Part shown: in pieces, positions 1-13,510 of the stretch
Layout of the letters: the number at the start of each line of letters is the position of its first letter
Position numbering within the stretch: the first letter of the stretch is position 1
Assembly (NCBI GenBank): GCA_965153285.1
Contig: OZ229115.1
Strand: one strand, 5' to 3'
Source: Podarcis tiliguerta
Taxonomy: Eukaryota
DNA length: 64,000 nucleotides
Translations under genes and position numbers: made by a program
The notes under the pieces: model-generated
Databases searched by the model: none
What the model was told of the DNA's origin: nothing
Seen by the model: the letters and a program-made list of their open reading frames with translations, nothing else

Positions 1-182
1 GAAGATCTTGCAGTGTTTGCATTTTACTAGCTTTCAGCTGTTCTCAAAGTTTTCAAGCAATTAAGTTCATGAACCTCAGTAAGAGCAAAAGCCACTGAGA
101 ACATCCCTGGTACACTCATCATTGAAACTGAAAGGACTTTCAAACTGAAAGGACTTTCAAAACAGCAGCATTAGCCGTGCTA

Positions 183-636
183 AACGTGTCCAGAGGAGGG
201 CAACCAAAATGGTCAAAGGCCTGGAAACAATGCCTTATGAGGAACGGCTAAGGGAGCTGGGCATGTTTAGCCTGGAGAAGAGGAGGTTAAGGGGTGATAT
301 GATAGCCATGTTCAAATATATAAAAGGATGTCACATAGAGGAGGGAGAAAGGTTGTTTTCTGCTGCTCCAGAGAAGCGGACACGGAGCAATGGATCCAAA
401 CTACAAGAAAGAAGATTCCACCTAAACATTAGGAAGAACTTCCTGACCGTAAGAGCTGTTTGACAGTGGAATTTGCTGCCAAGGAGTGTGGTGGAGTCTC
501 CTTCTTTGGAGGTCTTTAAGCAGAGGCTTGACAACCATATGTCAGGAGTGCTCTGATGGTGTTTCCTGCTTGGCAGGGGGTTGGACTCGATGCCCTTGTG
601 GTCTCTTCCAACTCTATGATCCTATGATTCTATGAT
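183..636 (+). mobile_element. CR1 LINE, 5'-truncated 3' end
   Basis: ORF2 C-terminus ([13 protein letters not shown]...[16 protein letters not shown]), CR1 3'UTR and (ATTCTATG)n-like tail; near-identical to 16484-16959. Confidence 0.92.
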
Positions 637-1189
637 AAACAGAACTTCCATATACAGAGGAAGTATACCTTTGAATACCAATTGTTGCAGAGCTTGAGTT
701 GAAGAGGGGGGAATTTGCCTTCAACCCCAAATGCGCTTTCTAGATGCATGAAGTTTTCCACTGTGGGCAACAGGATGCTGGGTTAGACCAAGTACTAGTC
801 TGATCCAAACTGGTATATAAATCTAATAAATAAACAAATGACCCAGCAAGGCTCTTATTAAATTCGCATTGCTGCTGACTGGACTCCAAAGACGCTTGCC
901 CAGGAAATGTTCCCAGTGGGTTTTGCCCAAAAGTTATAGACATCCTTGATCCACAGTGGAATGGAAAAACGTGCTATGAGTTTCCCAGGGCCACAACGCA
1001 GGGCAGTGGAGAATGTTCAGTCCTCCAAATATTGCTGGACTCCAGCTTACATCAGCCCCAGCAAGCAGGGCCAGTGGGAAGGAATGATGGGAGTTGTAGT
1101 CCAGCCACAGGCTCCCCCCCCCCCGTTCTGCACACTCTGGGACCCCTGCAACCCATCTCAACGCAAGCACTTCTCCCTCTTCCTCTCAC

Positions 1190-1291
1190 CTGTTCAGCAA
1201 TCTCCTGCCGCTTCTGCTCCAGAATTTTTTGCTGCTCGTTTGTGTGATCCACAATATTTTTCCCTCCGACGAGAAGCTTGCTTTCCATTGC
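1190..1291 (-). CDS. KIF3B: KIF3B exon 3 ([34 protein letters not shown]); gene continues beyond the left edge
   Basis: 102-nt phase 0/0 exon, acceptor ttttcAG, donor GTGAGA; kinesin-2 stalk peptide. Confidence 0.95.
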
Positions 1292-1673
1292 CTGAAAAGC
1301 AGAATGGGAGGGGTGGAGGATTCCAATAACCGAAATCAGCATCTTGCAGAGCCTCACAATTGCTACTTTCTTTAAAATAAAATAAAATGGCTAGAGATCT
1401 CACACAGTTGTCTCGTAAACCGTGCCTCCTTAGACCAAAGTTTGGCTTTTGGTTTGTGTTGCCCAGAAGCAGCTGTTCTGCCTCACAGCATCTCTCAAAG
1501 GAGGAGGAACTGGCCCAACCCTGGAGATACCAGGGAGTGAGCCTAGAATCTTAAGATGTGCTTTCCCCATACATTTCCCATGCTTGCATGCCTTGTCATC
1601 CAAGGCAGCTGATACCCTCAGTCCATTATAATGACTCTACACTTTGGGTGAAGATGGAGGACATCCCCTATGC

Positions 1674-1809
1674 CAGGCATAGCCAAACTTGGCCCTCCAG
1701 CTGTTTTGGGACTACAATTCCCATCATCCCTAACCCCCGGTCCTGTTAGCCAGGGATGATGGGAGTTGTAGTCCCAAAACAGCTGGCAGGCCAAATTTGG
1801 CCATGCCTG
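1674..1809. mobile_element. Palindromic hAT-type MITE
   Basis: Termini CAGGCAT...ATGCCTG, near-complete hairpin, 8-bp TSD CCCTATGC (1666-1673, 1810-1817). Confidence 0.85.
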
Positions 1810-3100
1810 CCCTATGCAAATCAGAAGACAAGTTGGCCTTTTCTAGTACACTCATAAATTTGGGGTTCTCCTCTCCGAGTGACTTATTACGGTCCTTTCA
1901 CACCAACAGATCATTGAGAAATTAAGAAGGATCAGACTTGATTATATCAACATCATCATATTTATTTATATCCCGCATTTTCCCCTGACAAGGACTCAAG
2001 GTGGCTTTCTAGGGATTTCATGACATATACGAATAATCGTTCCCATCTGAACCTGCCAAATATGACTTTGCATGGGACTATTCATGGCATCTGCATAGGT
2101 CTCGGTGTATAAAAACCTGCTGTGTCTCTGGGTCTTCATTTGAATCACATGGCAACCGCTTGCGACCCATGTGCCTGCCTCTGTTTTTCTTATTCTTTCC
2201 ACACTTTCCTCACATCTCAATGGAAGATTTGGTCACTGGCTTGCTTTGCATTATCACTGTTTTCGGGTCTCGGTTGATTGTTACATGTTCATTAAGATTA
2301 GTAAAAATGCAGATAAATAATGAAAGGAAATGAATTGGGTTGGGTTGAGAATACCTGCTCAAGTCCCACTCCTTTTTTCCCCCATCAAGCATTTCTTTTA
2401 CTAATCACAGTTAGAAGAAAACACTGATTTTTGACCAGCCTTCAGATCTTGTGAAAACTTACCAAGATGGGAAGCTGTTTCACTCTTCCCTTCATGAAAG
2501 CAAGGAAACAAGCCAAGAAGTCACAATATAGCTTTCTATTACATGTGAACTGGATTAGGAAGCTATGGGCAATAGCTTCTGAACTGGCCAGGATAAGATG
2601 CCATTGTTTAAAGCAAACAGCTGCAAGGTTGTTGTTTTTTACAGTGTTTTATAAATTGTATGAAATAAATAAAATAAACCTGGCCTGCCAGTGCCTGGAA
2701 GCCATTGTCCATCGCTCCCCGCTTAGCACACAACAGAAAACTATGGCTAGCTGCAAGGTCTTGGCTTGCTTGCCTGCTTGCACAAAGAGGCAGTCTGTGA
2801 GTGCACAGATCTCATGCATCCGTCCTTGCCTCTGAAGCCAGAATTTGATTGTCCAAACCAGGTCTTAAATCACCTACAACTCTCCAACTGCTGGCAGCAG
2901 TTCTCTAGCTGTGAATAATTTGGAAAGGAAACCTTTGAATTCAGAATGTCAGAACCACTCTGAACATCAGAGAAGCGTTTCAGGAACAATTCCCAATCCC
3001 TATGCTTCTGTTTTTAGTCTTCAACACTGAACCTCCCCCAGAGAGGTTCCTCCCAGGCCACTTTTCTGAATCTACAGGACTCAGCAAAGAGCCTCCCTAC

Positions 3101-4510
3101 CTTGATTTTGGCACCCAGCCTTTCAGCTGCCTCCTTCTCTCGCTTCAGGTCTTCCATCTTCTTCTCCTTCTCCTTCAGCAGCCTCATCTTGTCCTCGGCC
3201 ACCAAACTGTGGTCCTCCAGGATAGCCCTCTTCTCAATCTCCAGCTTCTCCTGCTGCTCTTTCCAGTAGTCACCTTTGTTTCCTCCTCCTTCCTCCTCCC
3301 CTTCTTCGCCATCTTCCTCCTCGTCCTCATCCTCCCCGCCGGCGCTGAAGCTTCCGTCTCTCCTCCTGTCTTTCTTCTTCCTCTTGACGACGGACCGCTT
3401 TTCTAGCTGCGCCTTGAGCCTCGCAATCTCCTCCTGGAATTCCCGCAGCAGCGCATCCTTGGGGTCTTCGTTCACTCTCGGCTTGTTCTTGATGTTCTTG
3501 GCCCGGTTGGCGTACCGCAGCGTCGTCAGGGTCTCGTCGACGTTGTACGAGGCGGGGCCGATGTTGGCCACCATCACCGTCTTGGCATTGCCCCCTAACG
3601 AATCCTGGAGCAGCCTGGTGAGCTTGGAATCCCGATAGGGAATGTGAGTGCTTTTGCCGTCCACCAGGGCAGATATGACGTTGCCCAAGGCAGAGAGAGA
3701 GAGGTTGATCTTGGTCGCTTCTTTCAACCTCTCCCCCTGGGCTCCGGTCTTAGACTGGCGCTCGCTGCCAGCAAGGTCCACAAGGTTGAGCTTCCCGACC
3801 CGTATGTGGTTCTCCCCATCGAGCCCCACTTCGCTGCACTCGATGGTGATCACAAAGATGGCGTGCGAACGGGAGCTGTGCTCGTTCATGTTGGTGGCCC
3901 CGACTGAGCGGTTCTGGTTCCCCACGTTCATGACGTGCTCTATTTCCTTGACGCTCTTTGTGACGAAGGACGACAAGTCCTTCACGTACACTCCCGTGTC
4001 TGGCCGCTCCTTCAGCTCCAGCCTCTTGGACTGATCCTTTGACAACAAGTCCCGGATTTCCTCCTGATAGATCTCGAGGTAAGAAGCCCTGACCAGGTAC
4101 TGCTGGTTTTGAGACCGAGAGATGTGCGTGAAGATGTGGTCGAAGGAATTGGGGATGACGCCCCTTTTCTCGGGGTCGCCACGCACACCTTCCATCGTGT
4201 ACGTCTTCCCCGTGCCGGTTTGCCCGTAGGCAAAGATGGTCCCGTTGAATCCCTGCAGCACCGAGTCCACCAGGGGCCGGAAGGTCTCATCGTAGAGTTC
4301 AAACTGCTTGGAATTCCAGTCGTAAACGGCATCAAAGGTGAAAGTCTTTGGCAGCTCGTGAGAAGTCCCCTTGGGGTTCTTCACTGACACCTGCCCCAAC
4401 TTGACGTCCACTTGGACCACTTGCTCGTAGGAGGCTACTTTCTCTTTGCTGTTCATCGGCCGGCATCGCACCACCACTCTGACCGACTCTGAGCACTTTA
4501 ACTTCGACAT
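3101..4510 (-). CDS. KIF3B: KIF3B exon 2, first coding exon: kinesin motor domain, neck and charged hinge (470 codons)
   Basis: [18 protein letters not shown]; P-loop [22 protein letters not shown]; ends AKIK|GTAGGG; acceptor ttctttccAG at 4581-4580, so the exon starts at 4579. Confidence 0.98.
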
Positions 4511-5019
4511 GACAACAGGTTGCCGCTAGGGCAAACTCAGCAGACGGCAGGACCAGGAAGGCCAGGGGTTTTTCCAAACCTGGAAAGAATCAAAGGCAAG
4601 AATTGAGCACAGAGGTAAGGCACAAAAGCAGTGAGTACAAACCAGCCCCTCCCCATCCCTGGTCTGGCTTTTAACACTAGAGATGAAGGTTGAAACCCAA
4701 GCCCAAACATCAATTCCCAGAGTGGATAGGCCAAGCCACCCTCTCAAAATCTCAATTTCCCAACTGTAAGATAAAAACAAGCAAAAACATCCCTCTCGGA
4801 GTTACTGTGAGGCAGAACAACAAGAAGAAATAACAATGTAAAATGTTTTTCCCCCTTCTAAATGACAGGAAATAAGTGCTTCCTATTCCCATTTGATCAG
4901 TATTAGTGCTGAAGCAAATGGCTTTTAACTCAAGTTTCGTTAAAAATGAGAAATATCACTTTGGATGATGATAATAATAACTATAATAATAGAAATAACA
5001 GAAATAACAGTAGTAGTTG

Positions 5020-5365
5020 TAGTGTAATGATAATATATTAAATTTGTATACCACCCTTCATCCGTAGATCACAGGGCAGTTCACAACATAAAAATACAAA
5101 ATCAAAACACATGATATGTAATAAAACAAACAACAAACCAACCTTCCCACAAACACATTTAAAAGGCCATAGAATGTTTATCAGCCAAAAGCCTGGATAC
5201 AGAGAAACATTTTTGCCTGGCATCTAAAGACAAGTAATGGAGAAGCCAGGCGGGTCCTCCTGGGGAGAGCATTCCACAAAAGGGGAGCCACTGCAGAAAA
5301 GGCCTGGTCTCATGTCGCCACCCTCCAGACCTCTCGTGAAGGGGGCACGTGAAGAAGGGCCTCGG
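5020..5365 (-). mobile_element. Degenerate L2-like LINE 3' fragment
   Basis: ORF2 tail remnant (plus strand agcattccac...aaaaggcc) and terminal stem-loop/AT tail resembling other L2 copies in the window. Confidence 0.55.
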
Positions 5366-5499
5366 AGGATTATCTGCAGTGGCTCCTACAGCTTCCTTCA
5401 AAATCTTAAGTCTGACTAGGAGGTTCAGAGAGGTCTAGCCATTCTAAAATTCTCAACTTACATCCTTTCAAGGAAAATGTGCAAAAGGGCGCTGCTAGC

Positions 5500-5771
5500 A
5501 CTTTTATTTCCCTTCCTTCCCTCCCCCTCCCCTTTTATGAAGGTTACCCGCTCTGAGACCCCACAGCTAATTCTCCCCTGGCCTCCTCGCTGGCCCAGTA
5601 AGGACCAATTCAACCAGCTAGCCCTGGGGATTATCTAATTGATTTTTGAATTTTATTGTTATTCATGTTTTTATACTGTATTTTAAGCTGCTTTTATAAT
5701 TGTTTTAGTGTTTTAAATTTGTTATTAGCTGCCCTGAGCCTGGTTTTTGAACAGGGAAGGGCAGGATATAA

Positions 5772-5816
<45 letters not shown>
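5500..5816 (+). mobile_element. L2 3'UTR fragment with (TTA)n tail
   Basis: Matches 49480-49740 and the reverse complement of 53040-53370; ends gccctgagcc...gggcaggatataaat then (TTA)n. Confidence 0.75.
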
Positions 5817-5817
<1 letters not shown>

Positions 5818-6794
5818 TTCAGCCAGCTTCCAAGTTAAGAGTCTCTTGCATGTGCAGGGATGTTGTCCATATGCTGCAGGGCTCCTTTTGCTCCTCTTTC
5901 CTTCCCTCGCGGGCCCAGATTTTGTCACAACCCTGTTGCCCTCCAACCATGTTCTAGAATGCACGCCTTTCCTTTCCACCTCGGCAGCTGCTGACCTCAC
6001 CAACCAACTCAAAGCGCTGTCATAGTGCAAGCTGAGTTATACGGTAATGATCTGCTCAATTAAAAACAACAACAACAACAACAACAACACCATTATTCAA
6101 AACTGGGATTTCTTGCCAGGGGTGCCTGGCCCAAGGAGAAGCTTTTCCTGATAAGAAAGTAGAACACAGGAAGTGGTCGTACACTGATGAGTCAGGCCGG
6201 TGGACCACCCAGCTTAATATTGTCTACACTGAATAGCTGCAGTTATTCCAGACATGGTCCTCTCCCAGTCTTCCCTGGAGCTACTAAGGACTGAACCCAG
6301 GATCTTCTACTGCTGAGCTACAGTCCTACACTGTACACCGTGGACTTCCCTTCCTTGGAGGTTATTAAGCAGAGGTTGGATGGCCATCAAACATTGATGG
6401 TTTAGCTGAGATTCCTGCATTGCAAGAGTTTGGACTCTACAATTCTAAGATTTTCCTGATGCAGAAATTGCACATGCTATCCAGGAACTCTCAAATTTTA
6501 GATCCTAGAAAACTGCCCTAAAGCTTTTGCTTTCTTCCCACTTAAAACGCTTCCAAGTCACCTTCACTAGCCTTAATTAAAAACGTAATAAAACTCTCAA
6601 AGGGGCTCATCATTGCTAGGATACCACACGTTCCAGCCAGAATGATAATGTTCCAGAAAATGCATGGCTGGCACTGAAAGCAGCGACTTCTTGCCTCCTT
6701 CTCACCCTCTTGCCCCCGCAATGTATGATTACTAGAAAATGCGCAGCACGATACCCTCACACTTCCCTCTTCCACTTCCTTGGGGTCTAGGATC

Positions 6795-7320
6795 TAGGGA
6801 TCTCAGTGGGCCCACATGCTGAACATGAGTCCACAGTGTGACGCAGCAGCAAAAAAGGCTAATGCTATTCTAGGCTGCAGGGATGCGGGTGGCGCTGTGG
6901 GTTAAACCACAGAGCCTAGGAGTTGCTGATCAGAAGGTCAGCGGTTCGAATCCCTGTAACGGGGTGAGCTCCCATTGCTCGGTCCCAGCTCCTGCCAACC
7001 TAGCAGTTCGAAAGCATGTCAAAGTGCAAGTAGATCAATAGGTACCACTCCGGCGGGAAGGTAAATGGCGTTTCTGTGCGCTGCTCTGGTTCGCCAGAAG
7101 CAGCTTAGTCCTGCTGGACATATGACCTGGAAGCTGTACGCCGGCTCCCTCGGCCAGTAAAGCGAGATGAGCGCAGCAGTCCCAGAGTTGGCCACGACTG
7201 GACCTAATGGTCAGGGGTCCCTTTACCTTTATTCTAGGCTGCATCAACAGAAGGACAGTATTCTGATGAACTGCACCATAGTGCAGTTCTATTCTGCCTT
7301 GGTCTGACCACACCTGGAAC
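6795..7320 (+). mobile_element. Old CR1 ORF2 fragment interrupted by a Sauria SINE
   Basis: Flanks read LNMSPQCDAAAKKANAILGCINR...YSALV.PHLE, typical CR1 ORF2. Confidence 0.75.
6880..7230 (+). mobile_element. Sauria SINE (Squam1), full length
   Basis: tRNA-like head with box B GGTTCGAATCC, (ACCTTT) tail, 14-bp TSD TATTCTAGGCTGCA (6866-6879, 7230-7243). Confidence 0.92.
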
Positions 7321-10300
7321 TTTTTTCAGTGCAAAGCTTAACCCTGGACCATCTCGTTAAGAATAGAGCAGGTACTGACACTCCCCCCCCCCCACAACTG
7401 AGCAATGTCAGAGAACTGCCATAAAGCAGACTATGAGAGGTTTCCAGACAGACCCGGCATCCTTTCCTGGAAATCAAATACTGGCTGTATGGCTACAGTA
7501 ACAGAGTAATTTTGACTAATCTGATTTTGCTTCCATCTCTGTGCTTGGAAAGTCACTGCAAACCAAGGCTGAGAACTGGCTCTGGCGAGGGGGCCAGAGC
7601 CTTAGCTCTTCCACCCCTAGCAGGCCAAGTAGGACAGGTCAGTGGAGCAGCCCAGCTGTCAATCACCTAATGTCACAATGATGACAGGTGACCTTTTTTG
7701 CCCACAGGGGTCTTCAGAAGCCTCTTTTAAAGTGCTGCAGAAAATAGCATTTTGAAAGGGGCTTCTGAAGATCTGACCGGTTGTCAGGTCTTCAAAAGCC
7801 CCTTTCAATGTGCTTTGTACCAATCAGCTAGCAGGCAGTGCCTGCAATCCCCTAGGATCTAACCTGCCACACAAGAGACGTCATATATGACTTCACATGC
7901 AGGGCAGCTGGCCATGGCTTTGCCAAAAGGGCCTTGTGGGACGAATGCTGAGGCCTGGCAGGCCTAATTAGTCCAGGGTGGAGGCTGGAGACCTCCACCC
8001 CTGCTATAACCAAACCAGTGGAAGAGCCAAGAAGCCAAAGGAAATAAATGTTCAAGCAGCCCTGCCAGGGACAGAGCCTGACAAGCAGCCACGATCTAAG
8101 AGCATCAAACAAACAAGTTCGGTCAGGCTGCCTGCAGCTTCAACAGGAAACCGATTCCTGGCCATCCAGCCTTCAAGCACAACAAGCCATGGCCTGAATG
8201 CAGGCCTAATTCTGTATTGACATGACCGGAACATTTTTTATTTTAGAGCTGTCGGGTGTAAAGCAGCCCATTCAACTTGGTGCAAGATACAAGATTCAGA
8301 ACGCTGCAACTGCGCCGTGCCAGAGATTAGGACGCCACTGAGACCTGGTGCATCTTCCATAACCCATATTACAACTCGCCCCCCCAAAAAAACAACTATT
8401 CGTGCTCTGCAGATGTTTTGGACTACAACTCCCATCAGCCCCAAGCAGCTGATTTGACAGACTCCAAATCACGCAGAAGGTGCTACTTTCTGAAAAACGG
8501 TAATGCAGGTTCACTATTTGCACGCCGAAGGAACACACAAGCATCAGAAAGTTAGGATGAGAGCTGAACTGAATGATCCGCTGGGCCCTGTTTCAGTTTA
8601 AGGCACGTACTGAAGTATACTCAGCACAGGTGAATTGCCTCGTCGTATTAACTGTATGGCTGGCTAAGGAGAGATAATGAGGGTGGATTTTCTTCCCCCT
8701 TTCAATTAACAATTTATACAAAGTGGGTGAAGTCAAGGGGAGAGGCTGCTGCTCGGTGGCAGAGCGCATGATGTGCATGCTGAATACTCCCGTTTCTGCC
8801 ACAAGGAGCTCCCGTGAAACGACCTTTGGCAGGAGGGCTGAGAAAGACCTCACTGTTAAGCCCTGGGGAGGCTCTGCCAGCCACAGCAAAGGCTATTGAA
8901 CTAGATGGGGGAGAGGTTTGTCTGGGTTTCAAGGCAGCTCCTTACCTTCCACTAAATTGGGATTTCAAGCCTGATTTTGACATTGTGAGGACAAAGGGGT
9001 GGTATTCATCCTGGAACATGCAATGAGGTTCTTTGAAACTAGCACGGATGGCAGCTGAAGAATTTGGGGGTCAAGGAGACGTTCTGGGAACCACACGATG
9101 GGAGGAAAGGCATTGGTTCCCAACAGTGTGCCCTTGTTTATTTTGCCAGAAGCAGAACACACCACATGCGACAGCAAATGTCCGTCAAGCAGGTTCTGCC
9201 ATGCACTACTGTGCCTTAATTGCTTGCACCCAAATAAATCAATTATTTGTAACCACACATTTCATGAGGCGACACACTCCATCCCTGCTGAATGCGCGGC
9301 CCAACATCCTATTTTAGACAAGCCTTTAGGACACGGCGCTCCGTCCGGAAAGAGCCCTCTCACTCTTCTGAAATCCAAAAGCAATCTGGCCAGATCCCAA
9401 ATTGACTCTAATCCACTACACTCACCCAGAGCTTCAGATTGCATTTCCAATTGTACAGAATACGGGGAAGCAATTCAAAGCCTGTTTTCTTGGAGCGCAG
9501 GATGAAGTCATGCCTGAAAATTAAGTCCTGGTACTATTTGAAATTAAATTGGTGTGGCAGTTCAATCATCAGAGAATTTTAGAAGAAATCAGAAATTAAG
9601 GAGACAAGTTAATTCAAACAGACTGCACCATGAGAACCAACAAGCTAGGACAAGATTGCTAAATACTGGATATAGTCCAGGATTGCCGTTAATTTTATTT
9701 TAGTAGTGCAAACACAAGATTCCACACTAGACCTGGAAGGTGGAGGATGAGATTTAAAGAGATTCTAAGAACAATTATTTTCCATTTTTGCTACTTGAAC
9801 CTGTCAAGTATCTGTAATTATGTTCCTTCTTAGCATCATTTGGCTCCTTCCATTATTCCATCTTATAAATGGGCAATTTGTGATTTTCCTCTCTTTCAGC
9901 AATTTTTCCTCTTTATGGTAAAGAGGTGTCTCAAATCAGACAGAATATTCCAGGTGTGAACTGTGGAGCATTGTGATGAGGCATTTTTCTCAGCTGAACT
10001 AATTCTACTGAGTACACACCACAAACTTAACCTCCAGCTAAAAAGTAGTAGTAGTAGTGTATTAGTAAGAATAGTATTTTTGAAAAAATAAAATAAAATT
10101 AGTGTTTATGTTCCCTGATCTATGGGCTCAAAGAAACTGGAAACACAGACATGTCTTAGGTAAGATAGATTTCTTTTTGTGATTTTATTTTTAAGGAGGT
10201 GAAAATTGAAATTGAACACCCTTCATAAAAGCAGAGCAATCAATGGCTGTTTGGCTTCTCTTGAAAAAGCCAAGCTTTGCTATCTTTCAGCTTTAATAGG

Positions 10301-11741
10301 GCAAGAGAAAATCACCCACCTCGAAATCTATCCTCATCCTGCCTTTCCCAGATGTCTCCCTCTCATATAGACATCACAGTCATGTACAACCCCCCCCCCA
10401 TATATACTAATTGACGCTCTTATTTCATCCCCATGAAATACAAAAGAGTCAAGCAAGGCCTTTGATCAGGGACAACATCTGCTGGGTAGGTGCATAATCG
10501 CACAATGCTCTCCATCAGTTGGAACACAAAAATAGCTAAATCTAAAGTATTTTTTTACAAGACAAGGTTGATTGCATATGTAAACAATTTTATCGGTCCA
10601 CAAAATCTCGCATGTTCCTTCATTAAAAAATGGTCCAATAAAATATATCAATTCAGTCTATTCTGTGTTTCTCATTGACTGAAAATTGCATGCCAATCGC
10701 CCTTATATGACCCCACACTGCTAGGCATTCAGTGACAACCAATACAGCCAAGCAACAGAGCAACTGTCAAAACCATGACAGTCTATGGCAATTTAGAGAA
10801 TCTATGGCAATTTAGAGAAACACACCACAGGCTCTGTTAAAACACACCATCCTGAGAACAAAGACAGAATAAACTATTCATTTGCAGAATTGGGTTCCTT
10901 CTAAGGAGAGGAAATAAGCACCCTTCTTGCTTTGATGAAATCATTTTTTGCAGCAACGAATTGCTACATAAGCAAGGCCACCACAGCCAACTGTCCCTTG
11001 CACAGATGAGCAATGGACATAATGCTGCCTTTATATTGCACAAGAAATATTATGTTGCACAAAATAGAATAGTGTAAGATTCTCTAGTAAAATGTGCCAA
11101 ATTAAATACCCGAATCCCCTTTGCAGTTGACCGCTATTTTATCTAGTTCCTTCCTCCTGATCTTCTTAGCTGGCAATAGTATGGCTCCCTCTAATTCAGC
11201 TACTTTGGTGGTGCCTGGTCTTCATTGTCTATATGAAGCCTGATCCTACGCGTTCTTACTCAGAAGCAAGCCCTACTGAATGCATCAGAACTTGCTTCCA
11301 AGTTGTGTGTGCAGGATTACAAACTTAGGTGCACATGTGTTCACACCTACAAGCCAAGGAGATTCAACAACCACAGGACGGAGACAGCACAACTGGTACC
11401 CAGAAGGCAGAGTCTAGGAAGCAGTGTTAGAAATCAGCCAAGCGCTAGGCACATTTTGCTACTGGCAGGGGTGCAATTGCAACCACGTGGAGATCCCTGG
11501 ATGCCAGGCTGGCGACTGACATCTCCATCTGGCTGGCCTCTCCAGATTTCTTAAGCAGGCAAGCAGAATAACTCATTTATTGCACTTATATCCCACCTTC
11601 TTCTCCAAGGAGTGGAGTACACGGTTCACCCCCCTAGGAGTTAATCCCCGCAAGAACCCTGTAAGGTAGCTTAAGAGGCTGTGACTGACTCCGAGATTAC
11701 GCAGTGAGCTTCAGGACTGAGTAGGAATTTGAACCCTGATC

Positions 11742-11855
11742 TAGAATCATAGGGTTGGAAGAGACCACAAGGGCCATCGAGTCCAACCCCCTGCCAAGCA
11801 GGAACCACCATCAGAGCACTCCTGACATATAGTTGTCAAGCCTCTGCTTGACAAC
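11742..11855 (-). mobile_element. CR1 3' tail fragment inserted in an older SINE
   Basis: Reverse complement of the CR1 3'UTR at 520-636. Confidence 0.8.
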
Positions 11856-13245
11856 CCCCAGGTCCTAGTCTGACACTCGAATCACTACACCCCGCTGGCT
11901 TCCTAGAGTACTTCCGCTGTGGGGGCGCTATATAAATTAAGTAGGTAAATAAATACGGGGAAAGCAAAATGTCACTTAGAGAAGGATCTGAAATATTTTC
12001 CTTGAAGCTTGAATTTTTTTTATTCTGGATTGCTTAATTTTATGTTTTAATGTGTTGTAAACCGCTTCGAATTTTTTCCCTTTAAAATATAAAGCGGTAT
12101 AGAAATGAAAAATATTAATAACAATAAAGAAATCTCACTGGGTGGAAAAATGGCACCTAGACATTCTGTAGGTTCAGGGTGCTATTTAGCAATTAGCTTA
12201 TAAATCTGAGTTTCTAATACTGGCAGAAACTCTCCAGGATCTTTCCTATTATTTAATTTGTAGACTTTTTTATTTTAAAAAATCCACATATAAATGCTAA
12301 GTAATTCAACCTTGGCTTGTGAAAGATATGCCCCACTGCTAAGGTACACTCCTTCCATCTCCCTAAATGTTTTGATGAGCAGCCTTGATGTGCAAGCTGC
12401 CTCCTGAACACAGGTAGGAGCATTCTCATATAAGACACTTAAAGCATGGCAAGAGGGCAGGTGTCCCCACCAGAAAGGAAGCTCAGCCACAACCAGGGGT
12501 GAGTTCTGGTCCATAAGAGGAGCCCTGCTGGATCACGTCAAAGGCGACCCATCTGGTCCGGCATCTTGCTCTCACAACGGGTAACCCTATGGCAATGGGA
12601 AGCACAAGGCGGCTTCAGCACAGGTTACATGGCCACCTGTCACGTATGATCTAGTTGACATTCCTGCATTGCAGGGGGTTGGACTAGATGACCCACGGAG
12701 CCCCTTCCAACGCTACAGTTCTACAATGATATGGTGCTGAGAGGCATAATGAGGCAGACCACAGCCATCACGGCTAGCGACCACGGACAGCCGTGTCTTG
12801 TCTAATCCTCTTGCAAAAGCCATCCTTGCTGGTGGCTGCCTCTTGTGTTTGAAGACACCCACATTCAAAGAACTGCAGGGGACATTTAATAACATGCGGA
12901 AGAACAGAAGAGTCGGCTGCTGGATCAGGCCCATCGTCTCCTCACGGTAGCCCACCAGATGCCCCAAGCAGGACTCAAATGCAACATCCCTCTCCCTTCC
13001 TACTGTGGTTTTCCAGAAAGTGGGATTCAGAAGCATCGCTCCCTCAACTGTGGAGGGCAAGGGCACGGCCCTCCTGGCTAGGAGCCCCCCCATAGCCCCC
13101 TCCTCCTCCATGGATTTGTCTCCATGGCCTCCCTGCCTCCTCCTGCCGGGTCATTTCACCTGGAGGGGTCGCAGCAGGGCATGGCCTTGTGTGTATGGAG
13201 CAGACGCCGACCCCCGTCCTCCAGAGAGGAGGAGGGGAGGGGAGC

Positions 13246-13510
13246 ATCCGGGTGCGTGCACGCATCCACCATCCACACCCACATACACGTGTGCCTTGAG
13301 AGTGCAGAAGGAGGGGGGGCTAGGGAGGTGAGGAAGGGATTATCCGGGTGCGCGTGCACGCATTCCCACAGTTCCACACCCAGACACGCGTGTGCCTTGA
13401 GAGTGCAGAAGGAGGGGAGGGAGAACCCTGGTGCGCGTGCACGCATTCCCACGTTACCACACCCAGACACGCGTGTGCCCCTGAGCGTGAGGAAGGGGGG
13501 GGGAGAGGGA
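13246..13510. repeat. About 3 copies of an 85-95 bp CpG-rich tandem repeat at the start of KIF3B intron 1
   Basis: Unit ggtgcgcgtgcacgcattcccac...acacgcgtgtgcc(ttgagagtgcagaaggagggg) starting near 13246, 13342, 13425. Confidence 0.85.

Noticed and set aside
125-158. Short perfect tandem duplications (also 10782-10819, 16225-16305, 31483-31531)
   Set aside because: Ordinary slippage duplications; not CRISPR-like, no spacers
3014-3100. ORF-track extension of KIF3B (VGRLFAES...)
   Set aside because: Read-through past the donor at 3100; intronic
3002-4387. Several plus-strand and alternate-frame ORFs over KIF3B exon 2
   Set aside because: Shadows of a GC3-rich coding exon; low complexity, no independent gene signals
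6183-6215. Other CTGATGA occurrences (also near 7263, 28098, 45588) as hammerheads or C/D boxes
   Set aside because: No stem II plus GAAA plus stem III arrangement and no convincing snoRNA terminal stem
6880-6960. tRNA-like A/B boxes (also near 20830)
   Set aside because: SINE heads, not tRNA genes
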